Shown piece after piece: positions 13,508 to 27,133 of a stretch of DNA of 64,000 nt (position 1 is its first letter; each line of letters opens with the position of its first letter). The DNA comes from Octopus vulgaris. Its lineage: Eukaryota. Under the pieces are notes generated by a model, which saw only the letters and a list, made by a program, of their open reading frames with translations, made no database searches and was not told the DNA's origin. The stretch is from the NCBI GenBank assembly GCA_951406725.2, contig OX597817.1, positions 162,378,001 to 162,442,000 on the forward strand. The letters are read 5' to 3'. A program made the position numbers and the translations under genes.

Positions 13508-16500
13508 AAAATGATTGTATATTTTGAGTTGATATTCTTTCTAAATATCTGTAGCGAATTGGTGCTTTGTTGAAAATAATTTCGAAATTGTGCATGAGTT
13601 TCATATCAGTTTACTTCTAGAATAAGCTGTTAGTCTTGTCAGAATGTTCTGTTTAAAGTTATATTACGTTTTTATTTTCCATAGCTCAAAAGGAAACCGG
13701 AGAGAGATTTGAAAATTTTTTTTGTACGTGTTTCGAAACTTGTTTCTAGTTGTCACGAAATTTTTGTGGATGTGAAGTAAGTTCCATATACGTATGCTTT
13801 AGATGTATTATTAATCTGTATAGCGCAGTGCTATATTATACATTTATCTCGACATTTGGAATCTATGGGGCAGTTGATAGGGATCATACAATTGCAGTTA
13901 TTTGTAGTCAGGTTAGTTGAGGGCTTATTGAAATTACAAAGTTGGTTTGATACATGCGTGTGAAAAAAATTGAAGTTGTGAAGTAGATTTTATTGGGGTT
14001 TTATTAAAGATATTTGAAGATATGTGATTAATACATGTTATGTAAAAAGTCTGGATAACATATTTGCGATTGAGTTTATAATAGTAAAATTTAAAAGGAG
14101 GATTATACCACGTAAATTCCATTTTCCTATTTATATGGGCTGTAATTATAATAATATTTTCAATGTACGTAATTTTCTTTTTGAAGTCACTTCTGAAAGA
14201 GAATTATTATAATAATTAGAAAAGTTCGTCAATATTTCTTTCTAGTTTCAGATATTTGCCACCTAAGTGAAATATTTTCAAACTAAATTAATACTCTTTG
14301 AATTGTTTGTTATTTGGGGTATATAGTTTAAATTTTCTTTTGTTTTACGATAGGGCGGAGGGAGAAATAGAGAGTTACGGAGATGTAAAACTGCATTCAT
14401 AAAATGAGTGGTAGAAAGATTAGTATCTGTAGAAGTTTTCTAAAGTTATTTGTTACAGTTATTCAGAACTAAGAGAATATTGTTTGCGTAAAGGTCGCCT
14501 TCGAGTTTGGGAAATTTACTTTTAAATTAGAACATATGTTTCTATAAGTTCGCTATTTTCAGCAGAGTTGTGGAGCCCATGTTAACACTAAAATAAATAT
14601 AAGACAGCTTTTTATTCACACAGTTATTAAAATTCTTAATAGTTTTTCGTAGATTTATCATAAAATTTATTTCGAAAACTGTAATATCTGTGACCGCTCT
14701 GGTGAAATTAAGATCGTTGATAAGTAATGTTTTAATGACCGAGTAGTAGCCATTTTTCATTTCAAATTGTACCAATCTGTTTTAAATTTTAGAATAGCTC
14801 TGAGCCATTCTAATAACTGAAATGGTGTTATTCCTTAATGATAACAATGTTACTTCCTTGAGTTCTGGAATGATTTTATTAAATATATGTTTATTAATAA
14901 TTATCCATAGGAGTGGCTGTGTGGTAAGTAGCTTGCTTACCAACCACATGGTTCCGGGTTCAGTCCCACTGCGTGGCACCTTTGGCCAGTGTCTTCAACT
15001 ATAGCCTCGGGCCGACCAAAGCCTTGTGAGTGGATTTGGTAGACGGAAACTGGAAGAAGCCCGTCGTATATATGTATATATGTGTATATATGTATATGTG
15101 TGTATATGTTTGTATGTCTGTGTTTGTCCCCCCAACATCGCTTGACAACCGGTGCTGGTGTGTTTATGTCCCCGTAACTTAGCGGTTCGGCAAAAGAGAC
15201 CGATAGAATAAGTACTAGGCTTACAAAGAATAAAGGCGATGATCCAGCATGGCCGCAGTCAAATGACTGAAAGAAGTAAAAAGAAAAAGAAAAAAAATAT
15301 CTGTTTTTGTAAATTATGGTTCTTAAATGTAAAGTATGGTTGTTACGGTGAAAGAGTTTTACTGCTATCATCACTACACAAATCACGGATAATCTTCTGG
15401 CCTTGGATATCTATTCTAATTCACCACAGAGGCATATAAGAGTCGGTAAAAGTAAAGTCGTGTGTTTTGCAAAGAATTTGGGTGTCATCTAATTGTATTT
15501 TCGAACTTTTAATTTCCGGAAATTTGGTGTTAAGTTTCTTCTGGTAACATTTGTTTATTTTATTTTATTTTACCTATTTTATTTATTTTTTTGTTTTAGT
15601 GGGTTTTAAATTAATAAAGGTACTTCACCTTTAAAAAGCTGGGGTACTTTATTGGTGAGTGTGCATGTATGTGCGTGTGTTTGTGGCGTATATGCATTGT
15701 CTACATGTGTGTGTGTGCGTACGCGCGCGCTTTTGAAGCCAAATTTGGATGTATTCGAATTGTTGCCCTTTTATCGAGAACAAAGGTTAAGTAACTTCGT
15801 CTTCAACGTCAAAGAACAGTTTTTTCCTCCCATTAAGTACTTCAGGTATTTTTTCCAAATGGGAATGACAATGTTCTTAGTAGATATCCCTATTCTTGGT
15901 TTCAGCATTTTAGAACAATGGTTTATTAAACAGATGCTTACTTAATATAGAAATTATTTGTTCGTTAAAACAAAGCTACAAGCTAGAAAAAAAAAAGGAA
16001 GTCTATTCTATTGTAGCAGAGTAAATAATTTCTTTTTAACGAATTGAATGTGACAAATATTCACTCTAATTTTCTCTCGGATAGATTTCGTCGAACTTTA
16101 ATTGAAAATTAGAAACTGTTCGCATGTTTAGGTTTATTGCAAGTAACGAAGGTAGAAAGAAAGAGAAGAGTAGGAGATGGGATGTCTTAATTGTTTATAG
16201 AGAACAGTTATGTGTTAGTTTGGGGTGGAGACTTACAGGATAATGATGAATGTGAGGTGTGAAAACTAAGCAATAAGCAACACGGTTAATTGTTAAAGAT
16301 AATGGTGAGTTCGCCTATGCTGTCTAATTCTAAAAGTAAACTGTGATTAAAAGTAATCTGTGATTGAATGTAGCAGGAGACCCATGAGAGCTACAACTAA
16401 AACGAAATTCAGAATTAATAGAATCGGTGTGTGAAACTGTAAGAGAGCTAAGATTAAGAAAGTGAAAATTAATAGATGTAATTGAGACGATAATCAGATA

Positions 16501-16590
16501 AACAAACGTGTAACTTGATGAACGGGTTAAAATATAATCTTACAGATTATTATTTAAAAAACATGAGTGACATGAAGTACCTTTGTGAAT
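13270..16590 (-). mobile_element. Highly decayed Penelope-like element (Naiad/Neptune-type RT + GIY-YIG)
   Basis: Minus-strand remnants in the correct order: LVQFEMKNGYYSV (FDI..FYPSI, ~14760), FSVNMGS (FDVTMGS, ~14585), WYNPPF (~14105), IFNKTPIKS (~14005), NCNCMIPINCPIDSKCRDKCII (Cys finger before GIY-YIG, ~13870). Confidence 0.75.
14908..15290 (+). mobile_element. tRNA-derived CORE-like SINE, family B
   Basis: GGAGTGGCTGTGTGGTAAG head, GGTTCAGTCCC B box, CCTTGGGCAAGTG CORE-like block, internal microsatellite, GTAAAAGA tail. Copies at 10246-10408(-), 17420-17885(-), 27620-28090(+), 40680-41068(-), 43230-43570(-), 51745-52112(+), 58970-59400(+). Confidence 0.85.
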
Positions 16591-16599
16591 TTCTATTTG

Positions 16600-17030
16600 G
16601 GATCTTTTCGGTTTGAACGGCAGTTTTTTCTAGCGGTGTCATATGAAATTGTCACCCATAATTATGACCCTACTATCGAGCTATTGCATTTCAATCTGTT
16701 TTAGGGTTAAGGTTAGTTAGGGTTAGGGTTAGGGTTAGGGGTGGGGGGAAGGGTATCTTTTTTTTCTTCAGAAATGTAAATAAACCCAATCTGTTTCTTA
16801 AACGAGGGACATTTTCATACGGCACAGAATTTTTCACCTCAATAGACATCATTGATTTGTTGAAATTGCAGAAAAAAAAACATTAAATATCTTACAAACT
16901 ATAGAATTTTCTCAATAAAGCCAGGAGAAATAGATGTTTTGTAAACACATTCTACCAGTATACGAAGTTTAAAAGTGTTTAGTTACGTGGAAATTATTTA
17001 AAAAAACTGCCGTTCAAACAGAAAATATCC
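16600..17030. mobile_element. MITE with GG-starting TIRs, 8-bp TSD and internal (TTAGGG)n (Merlin-like)
   Basis: TIR GGATCTTTTCGGTTTGAACGGCAGTTTTTT ... AAAAAACTGCCGTTCAAACAGAAAATATCC; TSD TCTATTTG at 16592 and 17031. Second copy at 52284-52686. Confidence 0.85.
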
Positions 17031-17419
17031 TCTATTTGTCATAATCCAATTGATTGCCAGTTAAATGGTTATGTATTAGAACTCAATGCATATAGGAAAT
17101 GTGAAAAAGTGAATAACGATTAATACAGGAAGTTTTAAACAGTCATTGTCTTCTGAGGTCAGATTTTAAAATGTATGAAAAGCATAAAGCCTAAAGGAGA
17201 TATAATTGAGAGTACGAAATATGTATGTATGCAAGTACGTACGCATGTATGAATGTATGTCCTGGGTATGACTTTAAACTTCATCTGATAGTGGAAACCC
17301 CTCTTAGCCATTATTATTCTCAGGTCCTTGTTAGGGTCTCTGTTAATTAACGTGTGAACTACTAGGAGTGCGGAACCCCTAGTAGTTATTAGAAATTCCT
17401 TCTAGAAGGTAAACTCATA

Positions 17420-17625
17420 CTCTTTTACTCTTTTACTTGTTTCAGTCATTTGACTGCGGCCATGCTGGAGCACCGCCTTTAGTCGACCAAATCGACCCCG
17501 GGACTTATTCTTTGTAAGCCCAGTACTTATTCTATCGGTCTCTTTTGCCGAACCGCTAAGTGACGGGGACGTAAACACACCAGCATCGGTTGTCAAGTAA
17601 TGCTTGGGGGACAAACACAGACACA

Positions 17626-17721
<96 letters not shown>

Positions 17722-17885
17722 TACGACAGGCTTCTTTCAGTTTCCGTCTACCAAATCCACTCACAAGGCATTGGTCGGCCCGGGGCTATAGCAGAAGACA
17801 CTTGCCCAAGGTGCCACGCAGTAGGACTGAACCCGGAACCATGTGGTTGGTTAGCAAGCTACTTACCACACAGCCACTCCTGCGC
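17420..17885 (-). mobile_element. Family-B SINE, full length
   Basis: Reverse complement of the 14908 family, with internal (CA)n(TA)n. Confidence 0.88.
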
Positions 17886-18158
17886 CTTATATATGAAAAG
17901 AAAACCTGAAGTGCAATTGGTTACTTCTCGTCTCAATCTTTGTTATGCCACTGGTGTTATTGCTGATGGTGCAGAAAAGTGAGTTCAGTGCTGTGCAGCA
18001 CTTAATCCACTCCAAACAAATTCATGCACAGGAACTTTTTGGACTCTTAAAACGTTTGCACGGACAAACTGACTTTAGGAAATGATTTTCCTCGGTCGCG
18101 AGTTTACTTCCACCATGTGTGTAGTTAGCTAAGTAGGAGATAGCTAGGGAGAGAGGTA

Positions 18159-18725
18159 TTGGGTTGTCCGGAAAGTTCATGCCGATTTTTAAAGGAAAGA
18201 AAAAGGTCCGTAAAATACTTGCCATTACATTTTTAATCAACCAAATATGAACCATTCTGTTGCACAATGCGTCTCCATCTTTCCTTTAACTTGAAAATAC
18301 CCTCTTCCCAAAATTGAGGTGGTTTCAAGGCAAAGAATTCATCAAGGTATCTTTTTACGTCATCCAAGGAATTGAAATTTTTACCATCAAGACTATTCTG
18401 CAGAGACCTGAATGAGTGGAAATGCGAAAGAGCAATATCTGGTGAATATGGAGGGTGGGGTAACACATCCCAGCTGAGCTGCAGCAATTTTTGTCTGGTT
18501 CCCAAAGCATCAAGTGCCGAAAATGAACTTTCTTATCTTCCATTTTAAAGGGTTACATAATTAACACAGGTTATAGGAACATAAATCTTCTTCCACGAAA
18601 AGATAGCTTAAACTGTGCTCTAAATGGAGGTGTAATCAAATCCTATTTTATGGACTCAGCCATGTTCTAAAATAAGTCGAAAGTTAAGCTGCTATAAATC
18701 GGCTCGAACTTTCCGGACAACCCAA
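18159..18725 (-). mobile_element. Internally deleted mariner transposon (567 bp)
   Basis: TIRs of about 30 bp (TTGGGTTGTCCGGAAAGTTC.../...GAACTTTCCGGACAACCCAA), TA TSD. Transposase N-terminus MEDKKVHFRHLMLW is fused out of frame to the C-terminus WDVLPHPPYSPDIA...GIFKLKERWRRIVQQNGSY. Confidence 0.95.
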
Positions 18726-18729
18726 TAGA

Positions 18730-19380
18730 TTCATAAGATGTGAGAAGCATCGGGTACAATTGTGCTTAAGTGAGTGTTAGCGTTAATGTTTGTAGTTAGC
18801 AAATACTGCGTGCATAATTGGGATCTCTGATTACATCTAGTGCAACTAGTTAGACTTTTGAACGAAGGTTTAAAAAACGATTGGTACGAGTTTCTCCATC
18901 TTCAAAGCTTCCATTGTGCTTCCTCGTGGCTACACATGGAAACTGGGAACCTCACAGCCTCAGTCTGAATAATAAGGAATCTGGGAAGAGAGATAGCCAT
19001 AGAGTTGCGACGCGCAGACCATCAATGTGGTCTGAAAAACATCTGATGGTTTAACAATTCTGAAGGGTCTGAAAAGTACCGGGCTGAGGTGATGCAAATA
19101 TTTGAACACAACTTGTTCAGAACTCTACTGCCGATCACATCGTCTTTGATAACGTGCCTGAATTTCCTTTGATGCATAACCTCAGTCTACCATCAGCCTT
19201 TGAGAAAGATCCATCAACGATCCGTTCTTTTAAGAACAAGTCCCTTGGTGTTGAAAATATTCTTGTTGAACTACAGAAGAGAGAAGAGTATGTGCACATA
19301 CGCACCTTCTACTTGTATTATATTATTGAGGTCTGACTGAAGACTAAAGTACCCCACTGGAATGGAAATGTGCAAGCAAC
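18730..19380 (+). mobile_element. Decayed RTE/BovB-like LINE fragment (probably continues left of the mariner)
   Basis: FDNVPEFPLMHNLSLPSAFEKDPSTIRSFKNKSLGVENILVELQK resembles the pre-RT EV..AI..LK..KAPG.D.IPAE segment. Confidence 0.5.
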
Positions 19381-19397
19381 GTAGTCATTTATATATA

Positions 19398-19778
19398 TCT
19401 TTATATATAAAAGTCAAGTTCTGTGTCTGTCTCCTACGATTTAGATTCCTAACTACTCCCACATTTTGCGGTGCAGTTTAACCAAAACCGGGTATCTTAT
19501 AGTCGTGATTCATATCGAGCTCTTCTGGGTATTAGCGCGCGTCTACGATGAGTCTACGATTAAAAAAAAAATTACCATCATTTTTTCCATTTTAATGCAT
19601 TTTTTTCGCTATTATATAAGGGAAGTAACTCTCTAAAAATGTCTACGATGAATCAACGATTTAAAAAATTTTTTCCATTTTAATGCATTTTTTTGCTATT
19701 TTTTGGCTATAACTCTCTAAAAATGCTTATATAGTTATTTCCCTTACAAACCCGAGCAACGCCGGGCGATACTGCTAG
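19398..19778 (+). mobile_element. Non-autonomous Helitron
   Basis: 5' TC, subterminal hairpin CCCGAGCAACGCCGGG, 3' CTAG, between A and T, no TSD. Second copy at 34242-34628(-). Confidence 0.85.
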
Positions 19779-19814
<36 letters not shown>

Positions 19815-20190
19815 TGACAAGTAAATCTATCTATCACTCCTTTCTATTGCTTGTATGGTCCTAGAAAAGTGAGAAGCTGATCAACAGCATCACTGAATGC
19901 TGCCTGACTCGAAGTGTGGATTTAGGAAGAAGAATTGCACGACCAACAGACCAGAATGACACTGCTATTTTAATTCCGCGAAGTTGCCTCCTCCAACTGG
20001 TTATTCAGCGCACTTTGCAATACATATGTATTCCCTTCTCTGGATCTTTCCTTCTCCTATGTTTCCGACGAAGAGTTCCGCTCGAAACGTTAAACCCTCC
20101 TTCTTTCCTGAGCGTCCAATAATACTATATTTGTTCCACGTCCTCGCGTTGTTGTGTTTTTTTTGTGCTTTCATGTTTGGATTAACTGTA
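19815..20190 (+). mobile_element. PLE-like terminal fragment with minimal hammerhead-like motif (20061-20095)
   Basis: GTTT-CCGACGA-A-GAG-ttccg-CTC-GAA-ACGT-T-AAAC; T-rich 3' end; flanked by TA repeats. Confidence 0.5.
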
Positions 20191-20229
20191 TATACATATA
20201 CATACATGTATATACAGATACATATATGT

Positions 20230-20294
<65 letters not shown>

Positions 20295-20554
20295 TGTATA
20301 TGTATATGAAATCATCATCATTTTAATATCCACATTTCCACGTTTGCACAAGTCAAACAGAATTTCTTGAGACTGATTTCCAACAGCCAGATGCTCTTCT
20401 TGTTGCCAAGTCTCATATCTGTTTCCAAGGAAGGTAATATTTTCCCATTGGTTGGACATGTTTCCTCGAGAGATTGGAAATGAATGATACCGTTGTATGG
20501 CAGTAACACAAACCGTTTACAACTATTGCACAGTTTCAAGACAAGAAGACACAA

Positions 20555-20595
<41 letters not shown>

Positions 20596-20660
20596 CACGC
20601 ATATGCATATATACACAAACATACATATATATATGCATGTGTATATGTGTGTGTATATAC

Positions 20661-20701
<41 letters not shown>

Positions 20702-20879
20702 CCTATATATATATAGGTATGTGTGTGTATGTGTGTGTGTGTGAGTGCGTGTGTGTGTGTGTGTGTGTGTTTGTTTGCATGTGTATGTGAGAGAGAGACA
20801 GTCTTCAGAATATAAGTTTTCATTCCTTCATAAAAGTTATCATATACCAAGAGTTCTGAACCACCACCCTTAATACCAA

Positions 20880-21290
20880 TGTCTGTCCTTGTTTGTCCCC
20901 TCTGTGTTTAGCCCCTTGTGGGTAATAAAGAAATAGGTATTTCGTCTGCCGTTACGTTCTGAGTTCAAATTCCGCCGAGGTCGATTTTGCCTTTCATCCT
21001 TTCGGGTTCGATTAAATAAGTACCAGTTACGCACTGGAGTCGATATAATCGACTTAATCCGTTTGTCTGTCCTTGTTTGTCCTCTCTGTGTTTAGCCCCT
21101 TGTGGGTAGTAAAGAAATAGGTATTTCTTCTACCATTACATTTTGAGTTCGAATTCCGCCGAGGTCGACTTTGCTTTTCATCCTTTCGGAGTCAGTAAAA
21201 TTAGTACCGGTTATTTACTGGGGATTGATGTAATCGACTTAATCCATTTCCCCCAAAATTTGAGGCCTTTTGCTTCCAGTAGAAAGGATT
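20880..21290 (+). mobile_element. 5'-truncated multimeric family-C SINE
   Basis: Tail, then a 184-bp unit, then a unit with the alternative tail, joined at AAAGAAATA|GGTATTTC. Confidence 0.8.
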
Positions 21291-21765
21291 ACATGTGTGT
21301 GTGTGTGTGTGTTCTAGTAGACGAGTTCATCATTTGTATGTGTATCAAGACAAAGAAAGCAAATTGCAAAGTATATGTGTGTGAGTTTATGTAATTAAAA
21401 GTGTCTTTGAGCTTTTTTGGAGCAGTTGCGTGCGTGTGTGTGTCTGTGCGTGGAACACAGAGGAAAGAGGAAAGTGGGAGAGAAAGAGAGAGAACAGGAA
21501 AAGATTCTATAAGAAAATTTCTCTACGTGGTTTCTTGACCTGTTAGAACTAACACCTAATTCTCCAAAGATGATAGCCTATCATCTAAAAAACTGGATGG
21601 ACGCATTGGATATTGAAGCCTTTATGCTATTCAAAAAAGACGAGATGGTCATGGTGGTAACGTCTTTGAACATAGGTCTTTTCAATCAGAACAGACCTGA
21701 TTTGGAGCTAAACAACATACAACAATCACAGTGAGAACGTAGTCTATCTGTATCTCCCCCCTCTT

Positions 21766-21858
<93 letters not shown>

Positions 21859-22780
21859 CTAAGAGAATGGACAAGAGATTAGTAAAAGTATTGTCTGTGA
21901 GTGTGAGAACGAATACAAAACGTGTAAAAGGAAGTCTATGTGCAAGCGTGAGCATGTGTGAATGGAATGAGTGTGTGTGTGTACATGCAAAAGAGAGTGA
22001 GTTGAGTTTATACAAAAGTGTATGTACGTTTGTATATGCGTGTGCGTGTGCGTGTGTGTGCTCATACATATGTGTATATGTGCGTGTGAAAAAAAAGAGT
22101 ATAAAGGGAGAGAGAAAGTATAAGTATGAAAGATAGTTTGTAGTAACAGAGAGAGAGGGGGGAGAGGGAGAGAAAGAGTAAGGAAAAGAAAGAGTGAGAG
22201 AGAAAATTTGAGCGCGCGGAAGGGAGATAGATAGCTTGATAGAGAAAGAAAATGTGATAGAAAGAGAGGGTGAGATTGAGAGTGCGTGAAAGACAGAAAC
22301 CTTGGGGGGAAAAAAACAGAAATAGTAAAACAAAAATGAAATAAATAAAACATTAAAAAAGAAATAAAAGCAATAGGAGAAAGAGATATAAACAGAGAAA
22401 GAGAGAGAGAGAGAGAGATGGGGAGAAAGAGGGAGAAAAAGAGAGTTAACTGAAGAAATTAAAGGAAAGAAAAAGAGAGACAAAATTAGAGAATGACAAA
22501 AGGAATGAGGAAGTGAGATAGAGAGATGAGAAAAGAGAATAAATTAGTGGACTGGGAAGGCGGGAAAAGACAAGGGATAGGGCGAAAGAGAAGATACATA
22601 GTGTGTGTGTGTGTGTGTGTGTGTGCGTGTGCGTGTGAGAGAGACAGACAGACAGATACAGAGAGTGAGGAAAAGATATATAGTGAGAGAGAGAGAGAGA
22701 GAGAGTGAAGAGAGAAAAAGAGAGAGTGAGAAAGAGCAGATACATGGTGAGAAAGGGGGAGCGAGAAAGAGAATACACAT

Positions 22781-22819
<39 letters not shown>

Positions 22820-23299
22820 GTAGATACATTGAGAGAGAGAGTGGGTGAGCAAGAGAAAGAGAAGACATACTAAGAGAGAGAGAGAGATTGAAAAAGAGAA
22901 GACATAGTAAGATAGAAAGAGAGAGGAGGTAGAGAGAGAGAGAGGGGGACAGAGTGGGGTATAAGGTCTGAGGTGTCTTTGTCAGTAAGTAAGAAATGTC
23001 GCCTGACAAAATGTCGTCTGCAAGCCTGAAACATCGACTGTAATTCTAAGTCGTGTCAAAAATTCCAGTGATAATATAAGACTGATAGGAACCAGTGATT
23101 TGCCGTTTGTATGTTTTTGTTACAGTCGCAGTGGTGGGGAGATAAAATAAGAAAAAAGGTCAGCACGAACCCCTGTACAGCCTTAGGGTAGGGTGGCGGC
23201 CATTGTGTCACCTTATTCATATACAGATACACACATACTCACACACACAGACACACACAACCATTCATATGCTTATAATTTCATTAATATGATGTAGAC

Positions 23300-23640
<341 letters not shown>

Positions 23641-23920
23641 GGCAGATATATACACTTACACCAACACTCACTGAAAGGCAAGCATGCCACACACACACAC
23701 ATACACACACAAACACACACACACACACAGCCATGTGTACCATACACTCATTAACATCTCTGGGTGTATGTGTGTGTTTGTGTGTGTTTATACACTTACA
23801 TATAAACATTAATGCACATGAAGATACACATACAACCATATATTTAAACATACACACACACGTATGTAATACACCACACACACTAACAAATTCACAAAAG
23901 TGTATGCACAACACTGACAA

Positions 23921-23973
<53 letters not shown>

Positions 23974-24184
23974 AATATAAACATCTGCATTCATACACAC
24001 ACACACATTTTCATACCAGGGCAAAACTATTATCATACATGCTGATGAACACTAGTACACATGTACACACATATAAATATCCACGCATACATACACTCCA
24101 ACATAGTCATACACATATACACTTACATTCTTTCATTGCATGTTATACGCAAATGCTTACACACACACACATACATGGACACAC

Positions 24185-25470
24185 ACACACACATAAATAT
24201 TTACTCACACACACATAAATATTCACTCACACACACATAAATATTCACTCACACACACATAAATATTCACTCACACACACATAAATATTCACTCACACAC
24301 ACATAAATATTCACTCACACACACATAAATATTCACTCACACACACATAAATATTCACTCACACACACATAAATATTCACACACACACACATAAATATTC
24401 ACTCACACACACATAAATATTCACTCACACACACATAAATATTCACTCACACACACATAAATATTCACACACACACACATAAATATTCACTCACACACAC
24501 ATAAATATTCACACACACACACATAAATATTCACTCACACACACATAAATATTCACACACACACACATAAATATTCACTCACACACACATAAATATTCAC
24601 TCACACACACATAAATATTCACTCACACACACATAAATATTCACACACACGCATGCACACAAATACACACATACACACATACATAAATATTCACACACAC
24701 ATTCACACACACATACACATACACATAAATATTCACACATACAAATATTCACATGCACACATGGACACACGCACGCGTGCACACATACACACACACACAC
24801 ACACATAAATATTCACAAACACACACACAGATAAACATTCACACATAACTATTCATACACACACGAATATTCACACGCACACATGTACACACACACACAC
24901 ACAAATATTCACACACTCACAAATATTCACACACACTCACACACACACACACACGTAAATATTCACACACACACATGCACACACACTCACACACACACAT
25001 AAATATTCACACACTCACAAATATTCACACGCACTCACACACACACACACGTAAATATTCACACACACACATGCACACACACTCACACACACACATAAAT
25101 ATTCACACACTCACAAATATTCACACGCACTCACACACACACACACGTAAATATTCACACACACACATGCACACACACACACACACACACATAAATATTC
25201 ACACACTCACAAATATTCACACGCACTCACACACACACACACGTAAATATTCACACACACACATGCACACACACTCACACACACACACAAATATTCACAC
25301 ACTCACAAATATTCACACGCACTCACACACACACACACGTAAATATTCACACACACACTCACACACACACATAAATATTCACACACTCACAAATATTCAC
25401 ACGCACTCATATACACACACACACACATAAATATTCACACACACACACACACACATGAATATTCACACAC
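24185..25470. repeat. 22-bp minisatellite (CACACACACATAAATATTCACT), passing into a higher-order repeat of about 96 bp
   Basis: About 20 near-perfect 22-mers at 24190-24645; recurring ATGCACACAC blocks at 24975, 25071, 25168 and 25263. Confidence 0.92.
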
Positions 25471-25532
25471 AAACACACACATATGTACACTCTAGCATAG
25501 CTTTATACATATACTCTTACAAGCATGTTATA

Positions 25533-25564
<32 letters not shown>

Positions 25565-26022
25565 ACACACACAGAAACACATATTCCACATACATAGGGA
25601 AGTAGCTCATCACACACACACACACACAGTAAAACATGGCTACACAATCAATGGACTCTGTCTTTCCTTGTTAAAACATCTATATATCTTGCACTGACAT
25701 TTAATAAAGATGGCAAAGGCAATGTTACTCTGCTGAGTGGCTGCAGCAGCAAAGGAAAAATAAAAAAAAAAAAAGAAAAGCTGTATGGTGGGCGAAGCTG
25801 ACCATTGCTGAGAGGCAATCAGTTCATCCTACAAGATAGTCACCTTGGACTATCACTTGGAAAAGGAGGAGGGTGAGAGGGAGGATTAACAGATGCAAAG
25901 ACAAATACATGGACAAAGCAGATAGGGAGAAAGGGAGAAATGTGTGTGTGTGTTGTGTGCATGTACAAACATGCATATAATTATATAATTACACATATGT
26001 GTATCTCTCTCTCTCCCTCTCA

Positions 26023-26455
<433 letters not shown>

Positions 26456-26724
26456 TTAAATATGTATATATATCATCATCATCATCATCATATATATATA
26501 TATATACATTCATCATCATCATCATCATCATTATCATCATTCAACGTCCATTTTCCATGCTGACATGAGCTGGATTGTTTGACAGGAACTGGTCAGCCAA
26601 GGAGCAGTCCACACTCCAGTTGTCTGTTGCGGCATGGTTTCTAAGCTGGATGCCCTTCTTAACATCAACCACTTTACAGAATGTGCTGGGTGCCTTTTCA
26701 CGCCACTGGTATGGGTGCACATAT

Positions 26725-26959
26725 AAGGCGGCGAGCTGGCAGAACCGTTACCACGCTGTGCGAAATGCTTTGTGGTATTTCATCTGCTGTGCTATGTTCT
26801 GAGTTCAAATTCTGCCGAGGTCGACTTTGCCTTTCATTCTTTCGGGGTCAATAAAATAAGTACCAATTACGCTCTGGGGTTGATATAATCGACTTAATCC
26901 ATGTGTCTGACCTTGTTTGTCCTCTCTGTGCTTAGCCCCTTGTGGGTAGTAAAGGAATA
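26725..26959 (+). mobile_element. Monomeric family-C SINE inserted in an RTE 3'-end repeat
   Basis: AAGGCGGCGAGCTGGCAG head; TSD GGTATGGGTGCAC at 26708 and 26960. Confidence 0.88.
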
Positions 26960-27133
26960 GGTATGGGTGCACTTACACAGCACCAACATAAATGCATTTT
27001 ATATACCACTGGCACCTGTAAAGGACAAGCCTATTTGTATGGATGATAGCTATTTTGCTTAGCTTGTCACATCTCAAGTACAGCAAATCACCACAACTCC
27101 CAATCCCTTATCATTTCCTTAATATATATGTAT

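Noticed and set aside
16701-16741. Telomere or chromosome-fusion scar
   Set aside because: The TTAGGG units lie inside a TIR/TSD-bounded MITE that has a second copy in the window.
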